A stretch of DNA of 64,000 nucleotides from Candidatus Doudnabacteria bacterium. GTDB lineage: Bacteria > Patescibacteriota > Doudnabacteria > UBA920 > O2-02-FULL-48-8. Each line of letters starts with the position of its first letter. Position 1 is the first letter of the stretch. Of this stretch, positions 34,775 through 43,744 are shown piece after piece. The DNA lies in contig JACPKU010000006.1 in assembly GCA_016186915.1 (NCBI GenBank), positions 80,921 to 144,920 on the forward strand, read 5' to 3'. A program made the position numbers and the translations under genes. Under the pieces are notes generated by a model. It was not told where the DNA came from. It saw only the letters and a program-made list of their open reading frames with translations, and searched no databases.

Positions 34775-37399
34775 TCATTTTTAGGCAAGATATTCGGGCA
34801 TTCAAACCAAGGCGAGATCAGTAGACTCAACAGGGTCGTTAAGCAGATTAATGATCTGGAACCTGAGTTTGAAAAGAAATCGCAAGAAGAATTAATAGCA
34901 CTTACAGTCAACTGGAAGAAAGAGTTGGCTGATTTGTCTTTAGTTGAGGCTAGAAATTATTTGGATAAGATATTGCCTCAGGCCTTTGCGGCCGCCAGAG
35001 AAGCCGCGAAGAGAACGTTGAAGCAGCGGCACTATGATGTGCAGTTAGTTGGCGGCTTGGTACTTCATCAAGGCAATATTGCGGAAATGAAGACGGGTGA
35101 AGGCAAAACGCTGGTGGCGACTCTCCCGCTGTATTTAAACGCGCTCGCGGGCAGGGGCGCGCACTTGGTTACCGTCAATGACTACTTGGCCCGTTGGCAA
35201 GCTTCTTGGATGGGCCAGGTTTATCGTTATTTGGGTTTGAGTGTCGCCTCGATTCAACACGAGCAGGCTTTTTTGTATGATCCGGGGTTTGCGCCGGAGG
35301 AAGAGGAAATAAAAAATATTGAGTCCCAGGTTCAAGGGCTGGTTATAGACGTCAAACACATGCGCCCCACTTCGCGCAAAGAGGCTTACAACGCTGACAT
35401 TACCTATGGCACCAACAATGAATACGGCTTTGATTATTTGCGGGACAACATGGTTTGGCAAAAACACCAGATGGTGCAGAGGGATTTATTTTACGCGATT
35501 GTTGACGAGGTGGACTCAATTTTGGTTGATGAAGCCAGAACGCCTTTGATTATCTCCGCGCCAGACACGGAGTCGACAGATAAGTACTTTGAGTTTGCTA
35601 AATTCGTGGATAAACTGACAGAAGATACTGATTACAACGTTGATGAAAAGAAAAAAGCCGCCACTCTGACTGAAGCCGGCATCGCCACGCTCGAAAAGCT
35701 TTTAGGGGTTAGCAATATTTATGATAAAGACGGGATTGCCACAGTGCATCATATTGAACAGGCGCTGCGAGCAAAAACTTTGTTTAAAAAAGATATCAAC
35801 TATGTGGTTAAAGGCGGGGAGATTGTGATCGTGGACGAATTTACTGGGAGGCTTATGTATGGTAGACGCTATTCGCAGGGCCTGCACCAAGCCATCGAAG
35901 CCAAAGAGGGCGTGAAAGTTCAGCAGGAAAGCAAGACTTTGGCCACCATCACTTTTCAGAATTATTTCCGGCTTTACAACAAACTTGCCGGCATGACCGG
36001 CACGGCTGAAACCGAAGCCGAGGAATTTGCCAAGATTTATAATCTGGAAGTGGTGCAGATCCCGACCAACAAGCCCGTGGTTCGACAAGACTTGCCGGAT
36101 CAAGTGTATAAGACCGTGAATGGTAAGTACTTAGCCGCGTCGCGCGTGATCAAGGAAAAGCACGAAACAGGACAGCCGGTGCTGGTGGGCACCATCTCGA
36201 TTGAGAAAAACGAGATACTGTCGAAAATTTTGACTGAGCAGGGGGTGCCGCACCAGATGTTGAATGCCAAGAACAATGAAAAAGAAGCCAAGATTATTTC
36301 TGAAGCCGGCAAAATGGGGGCGGTCACATTGGCCACCAATATTGCGGGGCGAGGCGTGGACATTATTTTGGGTGGCAGCGAAGGAAATCCCGAAGAACAG
36401 GAAAAAGTGAAATCCTTGGGCGGCTTGTCAGTGTTGGGCACAGAACGGCATGAATCGAGGCGCATAGACAACCAGCTGCGGGGACGATCCGGCCGGCAAG
36501 GCGACCCTGGTTCCTCACAGTTTTTCTTGTCTTTGGAAGACGATTTGATGCGATTGTTCGGCGGCGAACGGGTCGGTAAATTGATGCAGACTCTGGGCAT
36601 TCCGGAAGATCAACCGATTGAGCACGGTATTATTTCCAAATCCATTGAATCAGCGCAGAGAAAAATTGAAGGATTTAACTTTGATGCCAGAAAACACGTT
36701 TTGGAATATGATGACGTGATGAACAAACAGCGCACCACGATCTACAGAAAGCGACGCGAGATTTTGGACAGTACAGAACCGATCAGTGATCAAATCCTCG
36801 GGCTTGTAAAGCAAGAAATTCAAGAAGTTGTGAATTTCCACTTGCAGGAAGAACCGCCCAATCTCAAAGAGATTTATCAGGTCATGGCCACGATTATGCC
36901 GATCACCCAAGAGCACGTCAAAGAGCTTAGCAGTCCTGAGGAACTGACGGAACATTTCAGGAAACTCGCGGAAGAGTTTTATCAGGCAAAAAAAACGAAA
37001 GTGGGAGAGCAGGTGATGGCGCAGTTGGAAAGATTTGTTTACTTGCGTTCGATTGACACCCTGTGGCAGGAGCATCTGGACACGATGGAGCATTTGCGCG
37101 ACTCTGTGCGCCTGCGCGGATACGGCCAACGCGATCCACTGCTCGAGTTTAAGCGGGAAGGTTATGACGTGTTTCAACGCTTATTGCAGGAAATAGACAA
37201 GCAGGTTGTGTATACGATTTTTAAAGTGGATGTAGCTCCTCAACAACCACAAAGACCAGCCAATGTTTCTGCCAGTGCCGATTTCGGTCAAATCGGCCGC
37301 AACGACCCCTGCCCGTGCGGAGCGATCAATCCCGATACAGGCAAGGTTTATAAGTATAAGAAGTGTGGATTGATAAATGCGTCTTACCACAAAGGATAG
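34772..37399 (+). CDS. secA: Preprotein translocase subunit SecA
   Basis: MKTGEGKT, VTVNDYLA, IVDEVDS.L.DEARTPLIIS, QLRGRSGRQGDPG, SEC-C GRNDPCPCG. Confidence 0.99.
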   Translation: MSFLGKIFGHSNQGEISRLNRVVKQINDLEPEFEKKSQEELIALTVNWKKELADLSLVEARNYLDKILPQAFAAAREAAKRTLKQRHYDVQLVGGLVLHQGNIAEMKTGEGKTLVATLPLYLNALAGRGAHLVTVNDYLARWQASWMGQVYRYLGLSVASIQHEQAFLYDPGFAPEEEEIKNIESQVQGLVIDVKHMRPTSRKEAYNADITYGTNNEYGFDYLRDNMVWQKHQMVQRDLFYAIVDEVDSILVDEARTPLIISAPDTESTDKYFEFAKFVDKLTEDTDYNVDEKKKAATLTEAGIATLEKLLGVSNIYDKDGIATVHHIEQALRAKTLFKKDINYVVKGGEIVIVDEFTGRLMYGRRYSQGLHQAIEAKEGVKVQQESKTLATITFQNYFRLYNKLAGMTGTAETEAEEFAKIYNLEVVQIPTNKPVVRQDLPDQVYKTVNGKYLAASRVIKEKHETGQPVLVGTISIEKNEILSKILTEQGVPHQMLNAKNNEKEAKIISEAGKMGAVTLATNIAGRGVDIILGGSEGNPEEQEKVKSLGGLSVLGTERHESRRIDNQLRGRSGRQGDPGSSQFFLSLEDDLMRLFGGERVGKLMQTLGIPEDQPIEHGIISKSIESAQRKIEGFNFDARKHVLEYDDVMNKQRTTIYRKRREILDSTEPISDQILGLVKQEIQEVVNFHLQEEPPNLKEIYQVMATIMPITQEHVKELSSPEELTEHFRKLAEEFYQAKKTKVGEQVMAQLERFVYLRSIDTLWQEHLDTMEHLRDSVRLRGYGQRDPLLEFKREGYDVFQRLLQEIDKQVVYTIFKVDVAPQQPQRPANVSASADFGQIGRNDPCPCGAINPDTGKVYKYKKCGLINASYHKG

Positions 37400-37508
37400 A
37401 GCGGAGTCCTCCAAAGCTTTTAGCGACGGAGGACGGCAGTGGCAAGAAATATAAAAAGTGTGGGTTATTGAATACCGATGAGCATCAAAAATTAATGACA
37501 GATAAACA

Positions 37509-37910
37509 ATGAAACAAATAACGGTTAGACTAAAACCGGGACAGGATTTGAGGAAAGAAATTGATAAAATTATCAAAGAGCAGCAGATCAAGGCTGGGGT
37601 GATTTTATCTTTGGTAGGTTCATTGAATAAGGCGGTGCTGCGTATGGCGGGAGCTGTACCCGGAAAAGATGAAATTAAAACTTTTGAAGGTCCATTCGAA
37701 ATCGTTTCCGTCACCGGCACTGTCGGCATGAATGATTGTCATATTCACATCGCGGTTTCAAGCAAAGACGGGTTAGCCTTTGGCGGACATTTAAAGGAAG
37801 GGTGCATAGTCAGGGTGACAGCTGAAGTGGTATTGTTGGTTTTTGATGACATTGAATACAAAAGGCAGTATAATGACAAGACCGGATATGATGAACTATT
37901 GGTAGAATAA
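37509..37910 (+). CDS. PPC domain (DUF296) protein
   Basis: RL.PG.DL, VGSL, EIVS.TG, HIH, GGHL. Confidence 0.88.
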   Translation: MKQITVRLKPGQDLRKEIDKIIKEQQIKAGVILSLVGSLNKAVLRMAGAVPGKDEIKTFEGPFEIVSVTGTVGMNDCHIHIAVSSKDGLAFGGHLKEGCIVRVTAEVVLLVFDDIEYKRQYNDKTGYDELLVE

Positions 37911-37933
37911 CAATTGCTTACTGGCCCGTAAGG

Positions 37934-37963
37934 AAGTGTCCAATTCGCGCGAATTGGACACTT
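37934..37963. repeat. Perfect 30-bp palindrome
   Basis: AAGTGTCCAATTCGC|GCGAATTGGACACTT. Confidence 0.9.
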
Positions 37964-38054
37964 GGTAGGCAGATATTATAAGTCCTTAATAAGATCTCAA
38001 TAGGGCCGGCTCCGTCTGACGGGGCAGGCAAGGGCGGGATGAGAGAGGAGAAAC

Positions 38055-38252
38055 ATGAGAGTAGTCAAGCCAAGCGAGAAGATATTAACCAAAATGCTTG
38101 GTATAATCAAAAAGCGGCCGGGGATTAGGCCGCGTGAAATTAATCGGCTTTTGGGACGCGGACATTCGGCGAGTTTGCGGAATACTCTGATTCAGCAGGG
38201 GCTGGTGAGAAAAGACAAGCGAGGGAACGGAGAGTGCGATACTATTTTATAG
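38055..38252 (+). CDS. Small winged-HTH-like protein, possibly frameshifted at the C-terminus
   Basis: IIKKRPGIRPREI...L...GLVRK pattern; GAGGAG SD; the -1 frame near the end reads VRYYFIG. Confidence 0.5.
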   Translation: MRVVKPSEKILTKMLGIIKKRPGIRPREINRLLGRGHSASLRNTLIQQGLVRKDKRGNGECDTIL

Positions 38253-38269
38253 GTTAAAATAGGGATAAT

Positions 38270-38755
38270 ATGTCTGATAAGAACAATAAGAAAGAGATAG
38301 TGGTCGCGGTAAGCGGGGGATTTGACCCGATTCATCCGGGGCACATCCGGCTTTTTCATGAAGCTAAAAGTTTGGGAGACAAACTGGTGGTGATTTTGAA
38401 CAATGATCATTGGCTGCTCAAGAAAAAAGGTTTTGTGTTTATGAATGAAAAGGAGCGGAAAGAAGTGCTTGAAGGCTTGCGTGACGTCGATCAAGTGCTG
38501 TTAACCAAACATCCGAAGAATCCGGAGGATACCAGTGTTAGCCAGGCTTTGAAAGAAATTAAGCCTGACATATTTGCCAATGGCGGCGATCGCAAGATTC
38601 ACAATGTGCCTGAAGTCGATGTATGTAAAAATCTTGGCTGTAAAATGGCGTGGAACGTGGGGCATGGCGGCAAAATCCAGTCCAGCTCCGAACTGGTGGA
38701 CAAAGCAATTAAGACTGCACCAAGGAAAATAAAGGTTAGAGTAAAGCATAGATAA
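38270..38755 (+). CDS. Cytidylyl/adenylyltransferase family protein (TagD/RibL-like)
   Basis: GGFDPIHPGH, L.V.LNND, ER.E, FANGGDR, SSS. Confidence 0.88.
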   Translation: MSDKNNKKEIVVAVSGGFDPIHPGHIRLFHEAKSLGDKLVVILNNDHWLLKKKGFVFMNEKERKEVLEGLRDVDQVLLTKHPKNPEDTSVSQALKEIKPDIFANGGDRKIHNVPEVDVCKNLGCKMAWNVGHGGKIQSSSELVDKAIKTAPRKIKVRVKHR

Positions 38756-38808
38756 CCGCTTGTGGCGCTTGGGATTTTTTAGTATAATAGAATCCGTGGA
38801 TTATTTTA

Positions 38809-40143
38809 ATGACTAGAACGCGACTATACCTTAAACTCGTGGTTATCATCCTGCTGGCAGCAGCAGCTTTTTATATTGTCCTGCCAATTGGCAGCAAAAT
38901 CAGCCTGAAACCAATTGGCATAAATTTTGAAAAACAATACGAGCTTAAGCTCGGATTGGATTTGCAGGGCGGAACCCACCTTGTTTACGAAGGAGATTTA
39001 AAAGGTATTCCTGAAGATGCTCGGACCGAGGCCATGAGTTCAGCCAGAGATGTTATAGAACGCAGAGTTAACGCGTTTGGAGTTTCCGAGCCTTTAGTCC
39101 AAGTTTCCGGGCAAAATCGCTTAATCATTGAGCTTCCTGGGATTACCAATATTGACGCGGCGATTGACCAAATTGGTCAGACGCCGTTTATGGAATTTCG
39201 GGAAGAAAACCCGAATCCGAAGGCAGCGGAGATTAATGAGGACGGCGAAGTAGTTCTTGATGCAGCTGACGCTTTTTTAGCCACTGGCTTGACAGGCAAA
39301 GAATTTGAACGAGCCGCTTTGCAATTTCATCCAACATCGGGCCAGCCGCAAATATCATTACAGTTCAATTCCGAAGGCACGAAAAAATTTGCCGAGATTA
39401 CCCAGCGCAATGTCAATAAACGAGTGGCAATTTTTCTCGACGGCGCGATCCTTTCCGCGCCGGTGGTCCAGAGCGCCATTACGAACGGGGAAGCGGTGAT
39501 TACCGGACAATTCACCGTCAACGAAGCAAAAGAACTGGTTACCAGACTTAACTCCGGCGCTCTGCCGGTTCCTATCAAATTAATCCAACAGCAAAACGTG
39601 GGTGCAAGTTTGGGCCAATCCTCAATTGATCACAGTTTAACCGCGGGCATAATTGGCATGGTTTTGATTGCGTTGTTTATGATGGTCTATTATCGGCTTC
39701 CTGGGTTGCTGGCCACAGCCGCTTTGATTATCTACGCGGCCTTGACTCTGGCAGTATTTAAGATTTTAGGAGTGACCTTGAGTTTGGCTGGTATCGCGGG
39801 GTTCATTCTTTCGATTGGCATGGCGGTGGATGCGAACATTTTGATTTTTGAGCGCCTGAAAGAAGAATTAAAGCGCGGCAAAAGCTTGGACCGGGCAGTG
39901 GAGGAAGGGTTTGATCGAGCTTGGCTTTCAATTCGCGATTCAAATTTTTCCAGTTTGATCACGACTTTTATTCTGGGTTACTTTGGCACCAGCATTATCC
40001 GCGGGTTTGCCATTACACTAAGCATCGGTATATTGGTTTCAATGTTTACGGCGATTATTTTGAGCAGAACTTTTTTGAGAATTTTGGTCAGGTTTAACAG
40101 CTTTTCTAACCAAAGGCTTTATGGAGTGAAACGCCATGCTTAA
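38809..40143 (+). CDS. secD: Protein translocase subunit SecD
   Basis: LGLDLQGG, RRVN.FGVSEP, GALPVP, GMAVDANILIFER. Confidence 0.97.
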   Translation: MTRTRLYLKLVVIILLAAAAFYIVLPIGSKISLKPIGINFEKQYELKLGLDLQGGTHLVYEGDLKGIPEDARTEAMSSARDVIERRVNAFGVSEPLVQVSGQNRLIIELPGITNIDAAIDQIGQTPFMEFREENPNPKAAEINEDGEVVLDAADAFLATGLTGKEFERAALQFHPTSGQPQISLQFNSEGTKKFAEITQRNVNKRVAIFLDGAILSAPVVQSAITNGEAVITGQFTVNEAKELVTRLNSGALPVPIKLIQQQNVGASLGQSSIDHSLTAGIIGMVLIALFMMVYYRLPGLLATAALIIYAALTLAVFKILGVTLSLAGIAGFILSIGMAVDANILIFERLKEELKRGKSLDRAVEEGFDRAWLSIRDSNFSSLITTFILGYFGTSIIRGFAITLSIGILVSMFTAIILSRTFLRILVRFNSFSNQRLYGVKRHA

Positions 40144-41035
40144 CGTTACCAAACATTACAAGTCGTGGTTCGTTTTTTCCGCAATACTGCTTGTCGCAGC
40201 CATTGTGTTCTTGTTCGTGTTTGGCCTCAACGCCGGAATCGATTTTAGGGGAGGAACGCTGAGTGAAATTATATTTAGCGCCGACCGCCCTGAGATTGCC
40301 GCAATCAGATCGGCCTTGATCGGCGCGGGTTTTGCCGACAGTGTGGTTCAGCCAACCGGCGAACAATCCATAATTGTCCGCACCGGCCCGCAAGAAAAAG
40401 CACAGCACGACCAACTGCTGTCAACCATCAGAGAAGCTTTTGGTGAAATAACGGAACAGCAGTTTACTTCAATTGGCCCAGTGATCGGCAAAGAGCTTCG
40501 CCAAAAGGCTTTCTGGCAACTGTTTTTGGTGGTCTTCGGAATTGTTCTTTATATCACTTATGTCTTTCGCAAGGTCAGCCGGCCGGTTTCGTCTTTTAAA
40601 TTCGGCTTAACTGCAATCATAGCTTTAATCCACGATTTGTTGATTGTGGTGGGCGTGTTTGCTCTTTTAGGAAAATTTTTCGGGGTTGAAATTGACAGCT
40701 TGTTCGTCACAGCTCTTTTGACTGTGCTCGGTTTCTCGGTTCACGATACAATCGTGGTGTTTGATCGAATTCGAGAGAACTTGCGCTTGAGGCCCGGCCA
40801 AGATTTGGGAGAGATAATCGATGACAGCGTCAACCAAACGCTGGTGCGTTCAATCAACACCAGCATGACAGTGGTATTCGTTTTGACCGCCTTGTTGCTT
40901 TTCGGAGGCGAGACGATTTTCTATTTTGTCTTGGCGCTGTTAATCGGCATTCTTGCCGGAACGTATTCTTCCGTGTTTATAGCGGCACCCATGCTCCTGG
41001 TTTGGCACAAATGGAGTTTAAGGAGAAAGACTTGA
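40136..41035 (+). CDS. secF: Protein translocase subunit SecF
   Basis: GIDFRGG, IGP.IG.EL, HD, GFSVHDTIVVFDRIREN, GTYSS. Confidence 0.97.
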   Translation: MLNVTKHYKSWFVFSAILLVAAIVFLFVFGLNAGIDFRGGTLSEIIFSADRPEIAAIRSALIGAGFADSVVQPTGEQSIIVRTGPQEKAQHDQLLSTIREAFGEITEQQFTSIGPVIGKELRQKAFWQLFLVVFGIVLYITYVFRKVSRPVSSFKFGLTAIIALIHDLLIVVGVFALLGKFFGVEIDSLFVTALLTVLGFSVHDTIVVFDRIRENLRLRPGQDLGEIIDDSVNQTLVRSINTSMTVVFVLTALLLFGGETIFYFVLALLIGILAGTYSSVFIAAPMLLVWHKWSLRRKT

Positions 41036-41036
41036 T

Positions 41037-41066
41037 AAAATCCGCCTTTGGTCAGGCGGATTTTTT
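41037..41066. terminator. Intrinsic terminator after secF
   Basis: AAAATCCGCCT-ttggtc-AGGCGGATTTTTT. Confidence 0.85.
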
Positions 41067-41084
41067 GTATATTTTCTCTTTTGC

Positions 41085-41113
41085 TTGACTTTATTTAGGA
41101 TTTATGCTATACT
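41085..41113 (+). promoter_or_regulatory. Sigma70 promoter
   Basis: TTGACT-17-TATACT. Confidence 0.75.
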
Positions 41114-41128
41114 TTGGCAGTAAAAAAA

Positions 41129-41277
41129 TATGCCTGTTAGTAGAAACTTGAAAGTTGCTTTGCCAGAGCAAAACAACTGTAGTCAATTGCAACCTTCGCT
41201 GATTGCTACCAGCATAAATCGATCTGATAAAAATAAGAAAATCATTAACTTTAATCAAATTTTCACTACCCGGTATG
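41129..41277 (+). promoter_or_regulatory. Structured 5' leader / MITE-like element ending at the ATG of the 41275 gene
   Basis: TATG-CCTGTTAGTAGAA ... TTTCACTACCCGG-TATG; homologous to 34623-34774. Confidence 0.75.
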
Positions 41278-42411
41278 CAAGGTGAAACGACACAAAATCT
41301 GGAACAGAACAGCGCTCATGGCATTCTGGATACAATCAAGGGAGCGCAAACTCAAAGCGGGATAAGCAGCTTCGAACCCATCCGCTTGTTAAACTCTCTG
41401 ATCAGTTTGCTTAAAGAAAGAGATCAAAATATTGTTAGGTGCCGGTTTGGTCTTAATGGCAACAAGGTTGAAACTTTAGAATCAATCGGCAAAAAGTACA
41501 ACCTGACGCGGGAGCGCGTTAGACAGATCGAAAAAGACTCGCTTAAATTTTTAAGGCTTAAAAAATTACCGGAATTAGAATCGGCTCTGCAATTGGTATT
41601 TGATAGTATAGTCGAACACGGCAATATCATCGCGGGAGACTACTTGATCCAAACCTTGTTGGTCAATCAGGGCAATTATCAAGAGGAACAGGCTGTTCGC
41701 TTTCTGCTTACTCTCGGTGACCAGTTCAAATTTTTGAAGGAGACGCCGAATTATCATTCTGCTTGGTGCGTCGTAGGATTTGATCCAGAAAGATTGAATC
41801 AGGTCACCCAACAATTTATTGATATCTTGAAGAACGAGGGCCACGTTTTGAAACAAAGCCTATTTTACGGCAAATTTAAAGGCTCTGATTACTATCAACA
41901 GCAGGGTTCGTTTCTGTCGGATAAGGTCTTGGAGAGTTATCTTAATTTAACAAAAGCAATTCGGCTTAACCCGTTCGGGGAAATCGGACTAAAGGACTGG
42001 GTCGAGGTTAAGCCTCGGGACGTGGGGGACAAAGCGTGTCTGGTGCTTAAACACCATGGAAAACCCGAGCACTATTCAGTGATTACCCAGATGATTAACA
42101 ACCACAAGTTTGATAATCGCGTGGCTTACAAAGAGACTGTGCATAACGAACTGATCAAAGACAACCGTTTTGTTTTGGTGGGGAGAGGAATTTATGCGCT
42201 TTCCGAATGGGGATACAAAAAAGGCGTGGTGGCGGACGTGATTAAGGAAATCCTGCGCTCGGCAAACAAGCCGTTGAGCCGCGATGAAATAGTGGAAGAA
42301 GTGCTCAAGAAGCGGCAGGTGAAGCGCAACACCATTTTGGTCGGTCTTTCCAACAAGAAATATTTTCAAAAACACGACCGGGACAGATATACTTTAGCGA
42401 CAGCGCAATAA
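41275..42411 (+). CDS. Sigma-70 region 4 HTH protein with C-terminal HARE-HTH (RNAP delta-like) domains
   Basis: RFGL....TLE.IG..Y.LTRERVRQIE; G.P.H...I, HNELIKD.RFVLVGRGIYAL.EW. Confidence 0.8.
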   Translation: MQGETTQNLEQNSAHGILDTIKGAQTQSGISSFEPIRLLNSLISLLKERDQNIVRCRFGLNGNKVETLESIGKKYNLTRERVRQIEKDSLKFLRLKKLPELESALQLVFDSIVEHGNIIAGDYLIQTLLVNQGNYQEEQAVRFLLTLGDQFKFLKETPNYHSAWCVVGFDPERLNQVTQQFIDILKNEGHVLKQSLFYGKFKGSDYYQQQGSFLSDKVLESYLNLTKAIRLNPFGEIGLKDWVEVKPRDVGDKACLVLKHHGKPEHYSVITQMINNHKFDNRVAYKETVHNELIKDNRFVLVGRGIYALSEWGYKKGVVADVIKEILRSANKPLSRDEIVEEVLKKRQVKRNTILVGLSNKKYFQKHDRDRYTLATAQ

Positions 42412-42420
42412 AAACAAACA

Positions 42421-43740
42421 ATGCTTGAACTCTTGAATGAATTTATAATATTGGCCGTGGACGGGTTATTGGCGACACCACCGGGTATGGTTGTTTTGGT
42501 CAGTCTTTTGGTCTGGATGATTTACACGGTCAGAATAAAAAGGAAGCAGAAAGAGTATGAGGCCGCGGTAGAGACAATGGTTTTGGAAGTTAAGGTGGAG
42601 GAGTTGAATGAACGATCGCCTTTGGCCATGGAGCAGATTTTCGCCGCGTTGCACGCGATTCATCAAAATTTTACTTGGGGGGAAAAATTTATCGGGAGAG
42701 TGGTGCTGACTTTTTCCTGCGAGTTGGTCAGTATCGGGGGGCAGGTCTCATATATTTTTAGGATCCCGACCAGATACAGAAACCTTTTGGAAAGCGCGAT
42801 TTTTGCGCAATTCCCCAAGGCGGAGATTTTTCAAGTGGAAGATTATCTAAAAAACATTGAGAAGATTTACCACCCGGAAAAAGTCGAGTATGATTTTTGG
42901 GGGACGCAGTGGCTGAAGAAAAAAGACAACGCTTATCCCATCCGGACTTACGAAGGGTTTCAGCATCCGGAGCAGAAAACTTTTATTGATCCACTGTCGA
43001 ACGTGATTGAAGCTTTGAGTAATTTGGAACCGCATGAACTAATGGCTTATCAGCTGGTGCTAAAGCCGGTTGACGACGAGTGGAAAGAAGGAGTTAAGAA
43101 ATTATTAGATAAATTAAAAGGCGCACCTAAGGAAAAAGGACATAATTTTTTTGATAATACTTTTATGGCTTTTTTGGGAGTAATCATCGACGCAATCTAC
43201 AAAGCATTTTTTGAACAGGGTGCAGAGGAAAAGAAAAGACCTCCCGCCCCGAAAGATGAGCCGCCCAGCCAGATGCTCCACAAGACCGAAGGAGAGAAGC
43301 AGATCATAGCCGCGATTGAACACACTCTGTCAAAAATCGGCTACGCTGTAAAAGTCCGGACCCTCTATCTTGGACCCAAAGACAAGCTTAATAAAGCCAC
43401 GAGAATTCCAGAGATCGTAGGGGCGCTTAGAAATTTTGACGACGTTAATCTCAACGGGATTAAGCCGGATGTCAAGGGCACGTGGACTGAGCCGGCCTTC
43501 AAGATTTCGGAAAAATTAGAACAGCGGCTTACGGAATTTAGAAAGCTTGGGAGAAAGCGAAAATTTTTATTTAATTTTATTGGGCGCAGCAATTGGCGTG
43601 GCACGGGCTACACGATTATGAACACTGAAGAGCTGGCCACGATTTACCATTTCCCGCAAGCGCCAAATGTGCGCGTTTCTCAACTGGAAGTTGTCCAGAC
43701 CGTTAAATCAGCCCCGCCTCAGGATTTACCTATCGGATAA
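42421..43740 (+). CDS. Membrane-anchored hypothetical protein, partner of the downstream ATPase
   Basis: N-terminal TM; SP.AMEQ, FS.E, YPIRTY, DPL, N.EELATIYHFP. Confidence 0.75.
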   Translation: MLELLNEFIILAVDGLLATPPGMVVLVSLLVWMIYTVRIKRKQKEYEAAVETMVLEVKVEELNERSPLAMEQIFAALHAIHQNFTWGEKFIGRVVLTFSCELVSIGGQVSYIFRIPTRYRNLLESAIFAQFPKAEIFQVEDYLKNIEKIYHPEKVEYDFWGTQWLKKKDNAYPIRTYEGFQHPEQKTFIDPLSNVIEALSNLEPHELMAYQLVLKPVDDEWKEGVKKLLDKLKGAPKEKGHNFFDNTFMAFLGVIIDAIYKAFFEQGAEEKKRPPAPKDEPPSQMLHKTEGEKQIIAAIEHTLSKIGYAVKVRTLYLGPKDKLNKATRIPEIVGALRNFDDVNLNGIKPDVKGTWTEPAFKISEKLEQRLTEFRKLGRKRKFLFNFIGRSNWRGTGYTIMNTEELATIYHFPQAPNVRVSQLEVVQTVKSAPPQDLPIG

Positions 43741-43744
43741 ATAT

